The notes: a model not told the origin generated them from the letters alone. A DNA stretch of 64,000 nucleotides from Anaeromyxobacteraceae bacterium (GCA_032654565.1 JAULAX010000015.1:1-64000); one strand, 5' to 3'. Positions 48,164-60,100 are shown, counted from the stretch's first letter. Program-made: numbers and translations.

Positions 48164-48750
48164 GGGAGCACCTCGGGATCCGGCAGGGCCAGGCCGGGGA
48201 TGGCCTCGGCCAGCGCGGCGCGGGCCGCGCCGAGGAACTCGCGGAGCCGCTTGCGGATGGTGGGGAGGCTGCGGCCGGTGGTCTCGGCGATCTCGACCTG
48301 GGTCAGCTCGTCGACGAAGTAGAGCACGGCGATCTCCTGGGCCTCTGCGGGTGCCGCCGACAGCAGGGCGCGAACCAGCTCGCGGGTGTCCGGCTCGATG
48401 CCCCGCTCCCGCCGGTCGCGGGAGAGGGTGGCCAGCTCGGCGGGCCAGGCGGCGCGCCCGGCCCGGCGCACGTTGAGGCAGTGGTTGGTGGCGACGCGGA
48501 GCAGCCACGCGGTGGGTGACGAGGCGCCCTGGAACTCCTGGAGCGCGCGCAGCGCCGAGACGAAGACCTCCTGCGCGGCATCCTGGGCGGCGTCGCGGTC
48601 GCCGAGCAGGTAGCGGCAGCGGCCCAGCACCATGGCGGCGTGGCGGCGGTAGAGCTCCTCGAGCAGGCCGGTGCCGGGGGCCCCGGACGGACCGGTGGAC
48701 GGACCGGCGAGCTCGATCCGTCCACCCCTGATGACCTCGAGGCGCGCCAC
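48160..48750 (-). CDS. ECF RNA polymerase sigma factor
   Basis: LYRRH, AQDAAQEVF, WLLRVATNHCLN (sigma region 2); LYFVDELTQVEIAETTGRSLPTIRKRL (sigma region 4). Confidence 0.92.
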   Translation of the reverse strand: MARLEVIRGGRIELAGPSTGPSGAPGTGLLEELYRRHAAMVLGRCRYLLGDRDAAQDAAQEVFVSALRALQEFQGASSPTAWLLRVATNHCLNVRRAGRAAWPAELATLSRDRRERGIEPDTRELVRALLSAAPAEAQEIAVLYFVDELTQVEIAETTGRSLPTIRKRLREFLGAARAALAEAIPGLALPDPEVLP

Positions 48751-48761
48751 GGAGCCCGAGG

Positions 48762-49811
48762 CTACGGCACCACGATGGTGACCGGCAGCGCGTCGGCGTA
48801 GGCGCAGAGCGCGGGGTCGCCGCGGAGCGGATCGCCGGCCGCCCTGGTCCCGTCGAAGGTCATGCCGTAGTCGGGGGCCCCGTCCCAGCACTGGCTGAAG
48901 GCGACGGAGGTGTTGTCGGGGGCCGGGGCGGTGATCACCAGGTCGCCGCGGCCGCCCGCCGACTTCCAGCGGGTGTGGAGGGTCTTGGTGGCGAGGTCGA
49001 TGGCGCCGGCGTTCCCGGCGGCGTAGCCGGTGTTGCGGAAGCCGAGCTGGAGGTCGCCCGCGGCCCCGGCGGGTTCGGCGGCGAAGGCGTAGACGGCGTT
49101 GGTCCGGTTCGGGTAGGCGATCGCGGTGGTGACGCCGGGGGCGTCGTTGTTGCGGGCCCCGAGGAAGGTGGCGTTGATCTTCACGCCGCCGCGAGCGTCG
49201 TAGTCGACGGCCAGCGAGCCGAAGTCCTGCTGCGCCTCGCCGGCGGCGTGGTCGAGCGCGGCCCAGGCGCCGTCGAAGTCGGCGTGGAAGGAGCCGTGGC
49301 CGCGGCCGGGGAGCGAGCCCGGGTAGGCGCGGCCGGAGAGGACCGCCGTGAAGGGGGCGGCGGCGCTCGACTTGGGCCTGGCGGAGAGCGTCCAGTCGTA
49401 GCCGTCGCCGGCACGGGAGACCACCAGCTTCCAGTCGTTGAGCTCGCTCGGCTTGGAGCCGGGGCCCCAGGTGCAGGAGTCGTGGTCGCAGCGGGTGGGC
49501 GGGACCACGTCGACGAACCAGGCCACCGGGGCGAGCGCCCAGAAGACGCCGGCGTTGATGGTGGTGGCGAAGACGTAGGAGAGGACCGCGGTCGGCGCCT
49601 TGACCACGTTGCCGGCGGCGACGACGCTCCCCTCGGCCAGGCGCGCGGAGGACAGCCGGAACGCCCCGGCCGGCGCGCCGGGATCGGGGGCGTTGACGTT
49701 GACGACCGCGCTCCGTGGCATGGCGGCGCGGATCTCGACGGCGGAGAGCGGCTGCTGCGTGCCGCAGGCGGTGGCGAGCAGGAGCGCGGACAGGGCGGCG
49801 GTCATCTTCAT
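48762..49811 (-). CDS. Lipoprotein (cassette lipoprotein A)
   Basis: MKMTAALSALLLATAC lipobox; beta-rich; motif order parallels lipoprotein B. Confidence 0.8.
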   Translation of the reverse strand: MKMTAALSALLLATACGTQQPLSAVEIRAAMPRSAVVNVNAPDPGAPAGAFRLSSARLAEGSVVAAGNVVKAPTAVLSYVFATTINAGVFWALAPVAWFVDVVPPTRCDHDSCTWGPGSKPSELNDWKLVVSRAGDGYDWTLSARPKSSAAAPFTAVLSGRAYPGSLPGRGHGSFHADFDGAWAALDHAAGEAQQDFGSLAVDYDARGGVKINATFLGARNNDAPGVTTAIAYPNRTNAVYAFAAEPAGAAGDLQLGFRNTGYAAGNAGAIDLATKTLHTRWKSAGGRGDLVITAPAPDNTSVAFSQCWDGAPDYGMTFDGTRAAGDPLRGDPALCAYADALPVTIVVP

Positions 49812-49916
49812 CGGGTACCTCGACGGTGGCGGCCGGCCAATTCCGGCCCTCAAGGAAGGAGACACGCTCCCCCCGCCCGAATGGAAAGGGGGCCAGGCTG
49901 GGGAGGCCGGGCGCGC

Positions 49917-51161
49917 CTACGCCTTCTCCAGCGCCCGCTCCAGGTCGTCGGCCAGGTCGGCCGGGTCCTCCAGCCCCACCGAGAGCCGGATCATGGCGGG
50001 CCCGAAGCCGGCCTGCAGCTTCTGCTCCGGGGTCATGTCGGCGTGGGTCATCGACCAGGGGTGCTCGATGAGCGTCTCGATGCCGCCCAGGCTCACCGCC
50101 AGCCGCATGTGCTCGACGGCGTCGAGCACCCGGTAGGCCTCGGCCTCGCCGCCCTTGACGTCGAAGCTGACCAGGCTGCCGGCCCCGGTGCACTGCGCCT
50201 TCCAGAGCGCCACCTGGCGCTCGCCCATCTCCGCCAGCCCCGGGTAGTAGACCCGCGTCACCCCGGGGTGGCGGCGCAGCAGCTCGACGAGCCGCACCGT
50301 GTTGGCCTGCTGCTGCTCCATGCGGAGCTGCAGGGTGCCGAGCGAGCGGTGGATGAGCCAGGCGGTGTCGGGGTCGGACATCGAGCCGAGGATGGTCCGG
50401 GTGGCGCGCACCTGGTCGATGATCGAGGCCGGCCCCATGGCCAGCCCCGCCACCAGGTCGGAGTGGCCGCCGAAGAACTTGGTGGCCGAGTAGAGCACCA
50501 CGTCGGCGCCGTGGCGGAGCGGCTGCGAGAAGATGGGGCCGAGGAAGGTGTTGTCGATGAGCACCAGCACCGGGCGCCCCACCGTGGAGAGCCGGTCGGC
50601 CACCCGCCGCGCCGCCGGCACGTCGCACAGCTCCATGGTGGGGTTGGCCGGCGACTCCAGGAAGATCACCCGGGTGGTGGGGTGGGCCGCCGCCAGCGCC
50701 GAGAGCGCCTCCTCGGTGGCCCCGGCCGGGAAGGGGACGGTGCGGACCCCGAACTCGGGCAGCAGCTTGCGGAAGAGGTACTCGGTGCCGCCGTAGATGG
50801 GGTCGGAGAAGAGGATGGTGTCGCCGGGGCGGAGCAGGGTCAGGCAGGTGGAGGAGATGGCCCCCATGCCGGAGGAGAAGAGCGCCGCCGCCTCGGCGCC
50901 GTCCCAGACCGTCACCCGGGCCTCGAGGATCTCGCTGTTGGGGTTGTTGACCCGGGTGTAGATGAGCGCCGGGCTCTCGCCCGGCTCGCGCTGCCGCAGG
51001 CCGTAGGCCAGCTCGAAGGCCCGCTTGCCGTCCACCGCCTTCTTGAAGATGAAGGTGGAGGTCCGGAAGACCGGCGGCACCGCCGCCCCCTCGGAGCGCT
51101 GCGGGTCGTACCCCTTCTCGAAGATGAGCGTCTGCGGCGACGGCGCGCGGCGTTCGGACAT
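49917..51161 (-). CDS. Cys/Met metabolism PLP enzyme (methionine gamma-lyase / cystathionine gamma-synthase family)
   Basis: PPVFRTSTF, YTRVNNP, FSSGMGAI, ESPANP, DNTF, SATKFFGGHSD (PLP Lys), AVSLGG.ETL, RLSVGLE. Confidence 0.92.
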   Translation of the reverse strand: MSERRAPSPQTLIFEKGYDPQRSEGAAVPPVFRTSTFIFKKAVDGKRAFELAYGLRQREPGESPALIYTRVNNPNSEILEARVTVWDGAEAAALFSSGMGAISSTCLTLLRPGDTILFSDPIYGGTEYLFRKLLPEFGVRTVPFPAGATEEALSALAAAHPTTRVIFLESPANPTMELCDVPAARRVADRLSTVGRPVLVLIDNTFLGPIFSQPLRHGADVVLYSATKFFGGHSDLVAGLAMGPASIIDQVRATRTILGSMSDPDTAWLIHRSLGTLQLRMEQQQANTVRLVELLRRHPGVTRVYYPGLAEMGERQVALWKAQCTGAGSLVSFDVKGGEAEAYRVLDAVEHMRLAVSLGGIETLIEHPWSMTHADMTPEQKLQAGFGPAMIRLSVGLEDPADLADDLERALEKA

Positions 51162-51181
51162 GGTCCCCCCCGACGGTGGTG

Positions 51182-51993
51182 CTACGGCTCCAGCACGGTG
51201 CCGGCGCTCCCCGGCTCCAGCACGGCGCGGGCCAGGTCCCCGGCCGCGAGCCTGCCGATGATGACCACGCTGCGGGCCCCGCCGGCGAGGATGGCGAAGG
51301 ACTCCTCCAGCTTGGGGATCATGCCGCCGGAGATGGTGCCGTCCTTCACCAGCCGCTCGAACTCGGCCCGCCCGATGCGCGGCAGCCGGCTGGCGGGATC
51401 GGCGAGGTCGCGCAGCACGCCCGGCGTCGAGGTGACCAGCACCAGGGCGTCGGCCTTGAGCGCGCCGGCCAGCTGGCTGGCCACGGTGTCGCCGTTGATG
51501 TTGAGCACCTGCCCGCTGCGGTCGCAGCCGAGGCAGGCGATGACCGGCACGTAGCGCCGCTCCCAGAGATCGCCGAGCAGGGCCAGGTTGAAGCCGGTGA
51601 CGTCGCCGACCAGGCCGAGGTCGACCGGGTCCGGTCCGGCCCCCTGCATCACCTTCGGCGGCCGCCGCGACGCCTGCACCATGTGGCCCGAGGCGCCGTG
51701 CAGCCCCACCGGCATCACCCCGCGCGCCAGCAGCCGGGCGCAGAGGTCGACGTTGAGCTGGCCGGCCAGCACCTGCTTCATGACGTCGAGGGTGGCCTGG
51801 TCGGTGAAGCGCCGCCCGGCGATCATCCTCGGCTCCAGGCCGAGCCGCTTCTGCAGCGCGCTGGCCTGGGGCCCGCCGCCGTGGACGATCACCACCCGGT
51901 GCCAGCCGGCCACCAGCGCCTGGAGGTCGGCGGCGATGAGATCCAGCTCGGGGCTGTCGACGATCTCCCCGCCCAGCTTGATGACGATGGTCT

Positions 51994-51997
<4 letters not shown>
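51182..51997 (-). CDS. argB: Acetylglutamate kinase
   Basis: IVIKLGG, VHGGGPQ, NINGD, GGMIPKL. Confidence 0.93.
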
Positions 51998-53058
<1,061 letters not shown>

Positions 53059-53084
53059 GGATGGCACTTATACCCGAGCACGCC

Positions 53085-54263
53085 ATGTCGGACACCTTCG
53101 GGGAGACCTTCGAGGAGGGCTACGCCTCGGTCGAGCAGTCGCTCGCCTGGCTGGAGGGCTCGGGGCCGGCGCTCGAGGCGCTGGTGGCGGAGCTGGTCCT
53201 GCTCGACTCCCACACCGGCGACGCGGCCGGCGTGGCGCGGGTGGTGGCGCTGCTGGAGGCGGAGCTGGCCGGCCTTGGGCTCACCACCGAGCGGATCGAC
53301 GCACCCCCGTTCGGGCCGCACCTCGCCTTCCGCGGACCGGCGGCCGGGGCCCCGGTCTTCCTGGTCGGCCACACCGACACCGTCTTCCCGCCCGGCACCT
53401 TCTCCGGCTGGCGCACCGAGGCCGGCTTCGGCCACGGGCCGGGCGCCTTCGACATGAAGGGCGGGCTGGCGGTGATGCTCTTCGGCCTGGCGGCGGCCTA
53501 CCGCGCCGGGCTGCTGGAGCAGGTGCCGGTGGCCGGGCTGCTGGTCGCCGACGAGGAGGTCGGGTCACCCTCGTCGCAGCCGCACCTGCGGCGGCTGGTC
53601 GCCGGGGCCCGCGCCGCGCTGGTCTTCGAGTCGGGGCGGGCCGGCGACCTGCTGGTGACGCGCCGCAAGGGGACGGCGGCGGTCCGCGTCGTCGCCACCG
53701 GCGTCGCCGCCCACGCCGGCAACGAGCACCAGAAGGGGAAGAACGCCATCTGGGCGCTGGCCCGCTTCGTCGATGCCGCCCAGCGGCTCACCGACCACCC
53801 GCGCGGCCTCACCGTCAGCGTCGGCACCATCCGCGGCGGCACCAGCAAGAACACCGTCCCGGAGCGGGCCGAGTGCGAGGTGGACCTGCGCTTCCTCTCC
53901 GAGGCCGACGGCGAGCGGCTGGTCGAGGCGCTGCGGGCCGCCTGCGTGGCGGCGGTGGAAGGGACCCGGCTCGAGCTGGAGCGCACCTCCTGGCGCGCGC
54001 CGCTGACGCCGACCGCGGCCACCGCGGCGCTGGCCGAGGCCTACGGGGCCTGCCAGCGGCAGAGCGGCCTCTCCTCCGGCGAGGCGCCGCTGGTCGGCGG
54101 CGGCTCCGACGCCTGCACCACCGGCGCCGTCGGCGTCCCGTCGATCGACGGCCTCGGGCCGCGCGGCGCCGGCTTCCACACCCGCGAGGAGCGGGTGGAG
54201 CTCGGCTCGCTGGTCCCGAAGGCGCAGGCGCTGCTGCGGTACCTCGCCAGCCTGGCCCGCTGA
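53085..54263 (+). CDS. M20 family metallopeptidase (glutamate carboxypeptidase-like)
   Basis: GHTDTVFP, GPG.FDMKGG, DEEVGS, AAHAG, GGSD, DGLG..G.GFH...E. Confidence 0.92.
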   Translation: MSDTFGETFEEGYASVEQSLAWLEGSGPALEALVAELVLLDSHTGDAAGVARVVALLEAELAGLGLTTERIDAPPFGPHLAFRGPAAGAPVFLVGHTDTVFPPGTFSGWRTEAGFGHGPGAFDMKGGLAVMLFGLAAAYRAGLLEQVPVAGLLVADEEVGSPSSQPHLRRLVAGARAALVFESGRAGDLLVTRRKGTAAVRVVATGVAAHAGNEHQKGKNAIWALARFVDAAQRLTDHPRGLTVSVGTIRGGTSKNTVPERAECEVDLRFLSEADGERLVEALRAACVAAVEGTRLELERTSWRAPLTPTAATAALAEAYGACQRQSGLSSGEAPLVGGGSDACTTGAVGVPSIDGLGPRGAGFHTREERVELGSLVPKAQALLRYLASLAR

Positions 54264-54284
54264 TCCGGCGGCGCCTCCTCGCGA

Positions 54285-55292
54285 TCAGGGCTCGACGTGG
54301 ACCCGACCCCAGCAGGCCAGGATCCTCCGCCCCGCCTCGGCGCGGGCCGGCTCGTCCTCCCCCTCCCAGGTGGCCAGCGTGAAGCGCGGCGAGCGGGCCG
54401 GCGCCTGGCCGAAGGAGGGATCGATCGGCACCCACGCCTCGTCGAGCCGCACCTCGGCCCAGGCGTGCCACGCCCAGGCGGTGCCCGACCAGGCCACGCC
54501 CACCGCGGTCCGTCCGCGGAACCCGGCGGCGCGGGCCCGCCCCAGCCAGTCGGCGGTCTGCTCGCGGCAGCTGGCCCCGTCCGCGCGCGGCGGCGGGAGC
54601 AGGGCGTGCACCACCGGGGGGACCGGATCCCGGCCGACGCCGCAGAAGCTCTTCCCCAGCTTCGGTCGGGCCGGGCCGACCACCTCGACGCCGAAGAGGC
54701 GCGGCGGGCTCGCCGGCACCGCCGCCCGCGGGTCGCGCAGGAAGCGGGCCCGCTGCCCCGGCAGGTCGACGTCCTCGGCCAGGCCGTCGGCTCCCATCTT
54801 CACCCACTCCAGCTCGTTCCCGAGATCGACCCGCAGCTTGCCGGCCTGGTGCCGGCCGCAGGCCCGCAGCGGGGCGCCGGTCTGCTCGTCGGCGGCGTCG
54901 AGGCAGGCGCTGGCCCCCGCGGCCGGCGGCCCCGCCGGGCCCACCTTCTCCCTGAGCCGCTGCTCCAGCACCGCCTCGACCAGCAGCGCCGGCACCGCGC
55001 CCGGCGGCAGCGTCACCTGGCGCGTGACGCCGGCCTCGGTGATCCGGGCGGGCCCCAGCGCCCGCCCCTCGGCGTCCACCTCCAGCTCCACCCGCCGCTC
55101 CACCACCGCCCCGCCGGCCTCGGCCGGGAGCCGCTGCGCCGACAGCCAGCGGACCGCGCAGGCGGCGCCGGGGCAGGCGATCTCCAGCGTCACCACCCCG
55201 AGCGGCTGGCCCGCCAGCTCCATCCGGTAGACGGCCCTCCCCTGCGGGAGCGCCGTCAGCAGCAACGCCAGCACCAGGCCTGCACCCATCAC
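54285..55292 (-). CDS. Secreted transglutaminase-like domain protein
   Basis: Signal peptide; SCRE (Cys), WHAWAEV (His), WVPIDPS (Asp). Confidence 0.8.
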   Translation of the reverse strand: MMGAGLVLALLLTALPQGRAVYRMELAGQPLGVVTLEIACPGAACAVRWLSAQRLPAEAGGAVVERRVELEVDAEGRALGPARITEAGVTRQVTLPPGAVPALLVEAVLEQRLREKVGPAGPPAAGASACLDAADEQTGAPLRACGRHQAGKLRVDLGNELEWVKMGADGLAEDVDLPGQRARFLRDPRAAVPASPPRLFGVEVVGPARPKLGKSFCGVGRDPVPPVVHALLPPPRADGASCREQTADWLGRARAAGFRGRTAVGVAWSGTAWAWHAWAEVRLDEAWVPIDPSFGQAPARSPRFTLATWEGEDEPARAEAGRRILACWGRVHVEP

Positions 55293-55918
55293 GTCCTCCG
55301 GCTCCGCCGCTTCCAGATGGTCCGGGCCAGGGCCACCGCCAGCACCACGGCGATGAGCAGCCCGGCGGCCCGGGTGTAGCGATCGACCAGCGACACCAGC
55401 TCGTCGAGGTTCCTGGCCACCAGGGCGCCGGCCCCGAGCAGCAGCCCGTTCCAGGCCGCCGCCGAGAGGGCGCCGAGCAGCAGGGTGCGCGAGAGCGGGA
55501 TCCCCGAGGCGCCGGCGGCCAGGAAGAGGAAGCCGCGCACGCCCGGGAAGAAGCGGTTGAAGACGAGCAGCCAGGCGCCCCAGCGCCGGTAGGCGGCCTC
55601 GAAGCGCCCCAGCTGCTCGCGGCTCAGCCAGCGGCCGGCGGCCGGGCTCTGCTCCAGGCGCCGCCCCAGCCAGGCGCCGACGCGGTGGTCCACCCAGGCC
55701 CCCGCCACTGAGCCGGCGGTGACGGCCACGAAGACCACCGGCCAGGAGAGCACCCCCTGCACTGCGTACCAGGCCCCCAGCACCACCAGCAGGTCGCCGG
55801 GGAAGGGCGGAATGACGTGCTCGATGAAGGCGGCCCCGAAGAGCAGCGCCGGCGCCCAGGCGCCGGTCTGCTCCACGACGCGCTGGAGGGTGCGGGTCAG
55901 CTCCTCGAGGGACGGCAC
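55289..55918 (-). CDS. dedA: DedA family membrane protein
   Basis: FIE..IPPFPGD, F.RFFPGVR, AGASG, SAAAW. Confidence 0.9.
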   Translation of the reverse strand: MPSLEELTRTLQRVVEQTGAWAPALLFGAAFIEHVIPPFPGDLLVVLGAWYAVQGVLSWPVVFVAVTAGSVAGAWVDHRVGAWLGRRLEQSPAAGRWLSREQLGRFEAAYRRWGAWLLVFNRFFPGVRGFLFLAAGASGIPLSRTLLLGALSAAAWNGLLLGAGALVARNLDELVSLVDRYTRAAGLLIAVVLAVALARTIWKRRSRRT

Positions 55919-55967
55919 CGCGCCATGCTACCCCGGCGCCGGGAGGTGCGTGCTAGCGTCCCGCCGC

Positions 55968-57155
55968 GTGACGCGCCGCCGCCTCCACCCCGCCGTCGCC
56001 GCCCTCTGCCTGCTCTGGCTGGCGCTGGGGCTGGCCAACGTGGCCCGCGGCCTCGACGCCGTCGGCCCCGACTACTGGCGCTGGGCCTTCGCCCACCACA
56101 GCTACAGCGACCTGCTCACGCTCTACACGCCGCGCTACCTGGGCGGCGCCCACCCGGTCCCCTACCTGGCCGACCGGATCGAGTACCCGCCGCTGCTCGG
56201 GCTGGCGCTCTGGCTCCCCAGCCTGGTCACCGGCGGGCCGGCCGGCTACCTGCTGGTGAGCGCGCTCTTCCTCGCCGCCTGCCTGGCGGCCACGCTCTGG
56301 TGCCTGGCGCGCCTCCCCGGCGCCCGGCCCTGGTGGCTGGCCGCCACCCCGGCGCTCGGCTACTCCGCCTTCCTCAACTGGGATCTCCTCCCCATCGCGC
56401 TCATCGCCGGCTCGCTGCTGGCCCTCTCCCGCGACCAGCCGGCCCGCTCCGGGGCGCTGGCGGCGCTCGGCACCGCCGCCAAGCTCTTCCCCGCGGCGCT
56501 GGTCCCGGCCGCCCTCGGGGCCCTGGCCGCGGCCGGCCGCCGGCCGCTCTGGCGCTGGGGCGCCGTCGCCGCCGGGCTGCTGCTCGCCGTCAACCTGCCG
56601 CTGGCGCTGCTGGCCTTCGACGGCTGGAGCTGGTTCTTCCGCTTCAACGCCGCCCGGGGCGCCGAGAACTCGGCCTGGCACGCCCTGGGCGGCCCGTCCG
56701 GCCGCTGGCTCGACCTGGCCTCGCTCGGCCCGGTGGCGCTGGTGGGGCTCCTGGCGCTGCGGGCCGCCTGGCGCTGCGGCCGCCGGGGGGACGGGCCCGA
56801 CGCCGCCCGCCTCGGCACGGCGCTGGTGCTGGTCACCTGGATCGCGCTCAACAAGGTCTGGAGCCCGCAGTACGCGCTCTACGGCTTCCTGGCCGGGGCG
56901 CTGGTGGCGGCGCCGGGCTGGCTCTTCGCCCTGCTCAGCGCCGTCTCCATCGCCGACTACCACCTCGAGTTCGAGGTGCGGGCCCGCGACTGGTCGCCGT
57001 GGTTCGTGGAGACGCTGGTGAAGCCGAGCGAGCTCGTGCGCACCGGCCTCTGGCTGCTGCTGGCCGCCTGGATCGGCGCCGCGCTCTGGCGCCTGGCCAC
57101 CCGCCCGGCCCCGGCCGCCTCCAGCGGGTCTCCTAGTAGTCCTTCTGCCAGATGA
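55968..57155 (+). CDS. GT87-like integral membrane glycosyltransferase
   Basis: YSDL, PY...IEYPPL, NWDL, AKLFP, KVWSPQY; many TM helices. Confidence 0.8.
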   Translation: MTRRRLHPAVAALCLLWLALGLANVARGLDAVGPDYWRWAFAHHSYSDLLTLYTPRYLGGAHPVPYLADRIEYPPLLGLALWLPSLVTGGPAGYLLVSALFLAACLAATLWCLARLPGARPWWLAATPALGYSAFLNWDLLPIALIAGSLLALSRDQPARSGALAALGTAAKLFPAALVPAALGALAAAGRRPLWRWGAVAAGLLLAVNLPLALLAFDGWSWFFRFNAARGAENSAWHALGGPSGRWLDLASLGPVALVGLLALRAAWRCGRRGDGPDAARLGTALVLVTWIALNKVWSPQYALYGFLAGALVAAPGWLFALLSAVSIADYHLEFEVRARDWSPWFVETLVKPSELVRTGLWLLLAAWIGAALWRLATRPAPAASSGSPSSPSAR

Positions 57156-60100
57156 GCGAGGCGCCGCCGGCGCCGGCGTTGCCGTAGCGCGACTCCAGCG
57201 TCCAGCGCGGCGAGAGGTGGTACTGCACCCGCACCTCGTCGGTGTTCTCCCCCTTCTCCGGCCGGGCGTCGAAGCGGCGGATGTAGCCGACCATGATCCG
57301 GTCGGTGAGCTGCTTGCCGGCGGCCACCGCGGTGGAGTCGAGGGTGAGCGAGTCGAGCGGCATCTTCTCGCCGAGCTGCTCCTCGAAGAGCCGGTTGGCC
57401 AGGGCCAGCGACGCGGCCATGCCGGCGTCCTGGGCGGTGAAGCCGGTCCGCTCGGTCCCGCCGGCGCTCACCTCGGTGCGGCCGGTGACGATGAGCATGG
57501 CCAGCGACGCCTCGTCGAGCGCCGGCTCGGAGGTGAGCCGCAGCACCGGGGACTCGAAGGTGCCGGTGACGGTGGCGTGGACCAGGGCGGTGGGGTTCTG
57601 GTAGTCGGCGGCCAGGTCGAGCTGGGCGTCGTCGAGCGGCCCGCCGGGGAAGGCGACCCGGCCACGGACCACGGTGAAGAGCCGCCCCCCCAGCGGCTCG
57701 AAGGTCCCCTGCCAGGCGTCGAGCGCGCCGCGGACCTCGACCGGCGAGGCGGTCAGGTCCCAGGTGGCGTCGGTGCGCAGCTCGAGGTGGACGCGCGGCT
57801 GGTCGCTCCTGACCAGGATCTGCTCGCCTCGCACCCGGACGCTCGCCTCCAGCGGGATGGCGACCGCGCCGGCCGGCGGGGGCGTCCCCGCCGCGCCGCC
57901 GTCCTCCGCCGGCCTCGGCTCGCCGATGACGATGTCGGCCCGCTCCTGGAGCGACTGCAGCTGGCGCGGCGCCTTGCGCGGCAGCCGGACGGTGGCGCCC
58001 CGCTCCACCGCCACGTCCAGCTCCAGCCGGCGGCCCACCACCCGTCCCCCCAGCGCGGCGCGGGCGTCGATGGTGGCGACGTCCATGCCGGAGCGGGCCA
58101 CGCCGAAGTTGGTGGCGGTGAGGGCGCCGTCCACCCTGGCCTCGGGCTGGTCGAGCCCCTCCACGGCGAGCCGCCCCTGCAGCCGGCCGGCGCCGCGCTG
58201 CAGCGAGAGCTCCTCGACCCGCAGCCCGCGCGGATCGAGCGAGGCGGTGAAGCCGATGGCGTGGAAGGTGCCGTACCCCGGCAGCGAGGCCGCCCCGTCG
58301 ACCAGCGCCACGGTGCCGGCCAGCCGCGGGGCCCGCGCCGTGCCGGTCACCGTGAGGTCGGCGTCCACCTGCCCGCTGGCGGTGCGCAGACGGCCGGGCA
58401 GGAGCAGCGGCAGGAAGGCCGGGCTCATCGCCTCCCCCTTCACCGTGAGCTGCAGCGGCGCCTCGACCAGCGTCGGCGCCCCGGCCAGGGCCACGGTCCC
58501 CTCGGCGCGCAGCGTCCCCCCTCCGGTGGGCGCCAGGCTGAGCGCCAGCCGCGCCGCCCCCCGGTCTCCGCTGGCCGTCCCCGTCAGGTCGCCGACGGCG
58601 TGGCCGCCCAGCGCCAGCCCCACCGCCTCCACGGACAGCGCGCCGCGCGGCGCCGCCAGCGTCCCGCCCAGGGTCAGCCGGCCCTGCACCCGCCCTCCCA
58701 TCCCGGCGGGGAGCCCCGCCGTCCCCGCCAGCGTGGCCAGCTCCAGGCTGGGGAGCTCGACCTCGGCGGTCCAGGCGGCCTCGGCCAGCCGGGAGAGCGT
58801 CCAGCCCGGGCGGTGGAGCAGCGCGCCCCGATCCCAGGGGAGCTCGGCCCGCCCGCGGGCCAGCGCCGTGGTGGCGAGGAGCAGCTCCGCCTCGGCGCGC
58901 AGCGCGTCGCTCGAGCCGTCGAGCGCCGCGGTGAGCGTCAGCGGCTGCACCTCGCCCCAGCGCCCGCCGGTCAGCGCCGCGTGGGCGCTGAGCCGCGGCG
59001 ACCCCACCGAGCCGGCCAGGGTCAGCTCGCCGCCCAGGCGGCCGTCGGCGGGCAGGTCGAGCTGCCTCGACTGCAGCAGCCACTGGAGCGGCCAGCCCGC
59101 GGCGGCGACCCGGGCGGTGACCGCCGCGCCCGCCGAGGCGCCGCCGAGCGGCCAGGGCAGGTCGGCGGCGAGGTCCAGCGTGCCACCCTCACCCCGCGTC
59201 ATCCGACCCTCCAGCTGGATCCGCCGGGCCTGCTGCCGCCAGCCCAGCGACGCCTCGAGGGTGAGCCCGGTGAGCGGGAAGAGCTGCCCGGCGGCGACCG
59301 TCACCCGGGCCTCGAGCCGGAGACGCGCCGCCCGCCCGCTGACGCTCACCGTCCCGGTGGCCCGCCCCGCCAGCCCCAGCGACTCGGCCGCCAGCGTCCT
59401 CGGCAGCGCCGACAGGTCCAGCTCGTCCAGCGCCAGCCGGGCGTCGACGGCGCCGCCGCGCAGGTACCCGCCGGCCAGGGTCAGCCGCTGCGCCCCGGAC
59501 CTGAAGGCCGCGCCGTCGACGCTCGGCCCGGCGAAGGTGACGGTGGCCGGCCCCGACAGCGTCCAGGCCTGCCCCGCCAGCCCCAGCTCCAGGCGGGAGA
59601 GGGTCGCGCCGTGCCAGCCGGGCGCCAGCACGGCCTCGCCCCGCGCGGTGAGCAGGTCGCCGCCGAGCGGGCCGAGCGAGGTCGAGGCCTCCAGCGCCAC
59701 CGCGTCGCCGACCAGCCGCAGCTCGGCCCGCCCCCCGGTGACGGAGGTCCCCGCCACCGTGGCGCGCGCCAGCCGGACCGCCAGCGTCGCCTCGGGGGCG
59801 GCGGCGGTGCCGCGCAGCTCCAGGCTGGCCTCGCCCTGCCCGGAGAGGGCCGGGAGCTCGACGCCGAGGAGCGCCGCCGCCATCGGCCCGGCCACGGCCA
59901 GGTCGGCGGCGGTGAGCCGCAGGTCGGCGCGCAGCTCGCCGGCGTCGCGCCAGCGCCCCGACCCCCGCAGCGCCAGCCCGGGGAGCGCCACCTCCAGCCC
60001 CTCCACCGTGACGCGACCCTGGTGGAGCGGCTCCCGCGGCGACACCGGCCAGGCCAGCTCACCGCGGGCGGCGAGGCTGAGGCGACCCCGCGGCGCCCGG

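Noticed and set aside
49820..49895. Autoregulatory ECF promoter (GGAAT...CGTC) upstream of the caspase cassette
   Set aside because: The spacer is short (about 14 nt) and the start site would fall inside the RBS; unsupported without homologue alignment.
51182..51230. 13-bp direct repeat GGCTCCAGCACGG at the end of argB
   Set aside because: It encodes the repeated peptide VLEP; there is no sign of an insertion.
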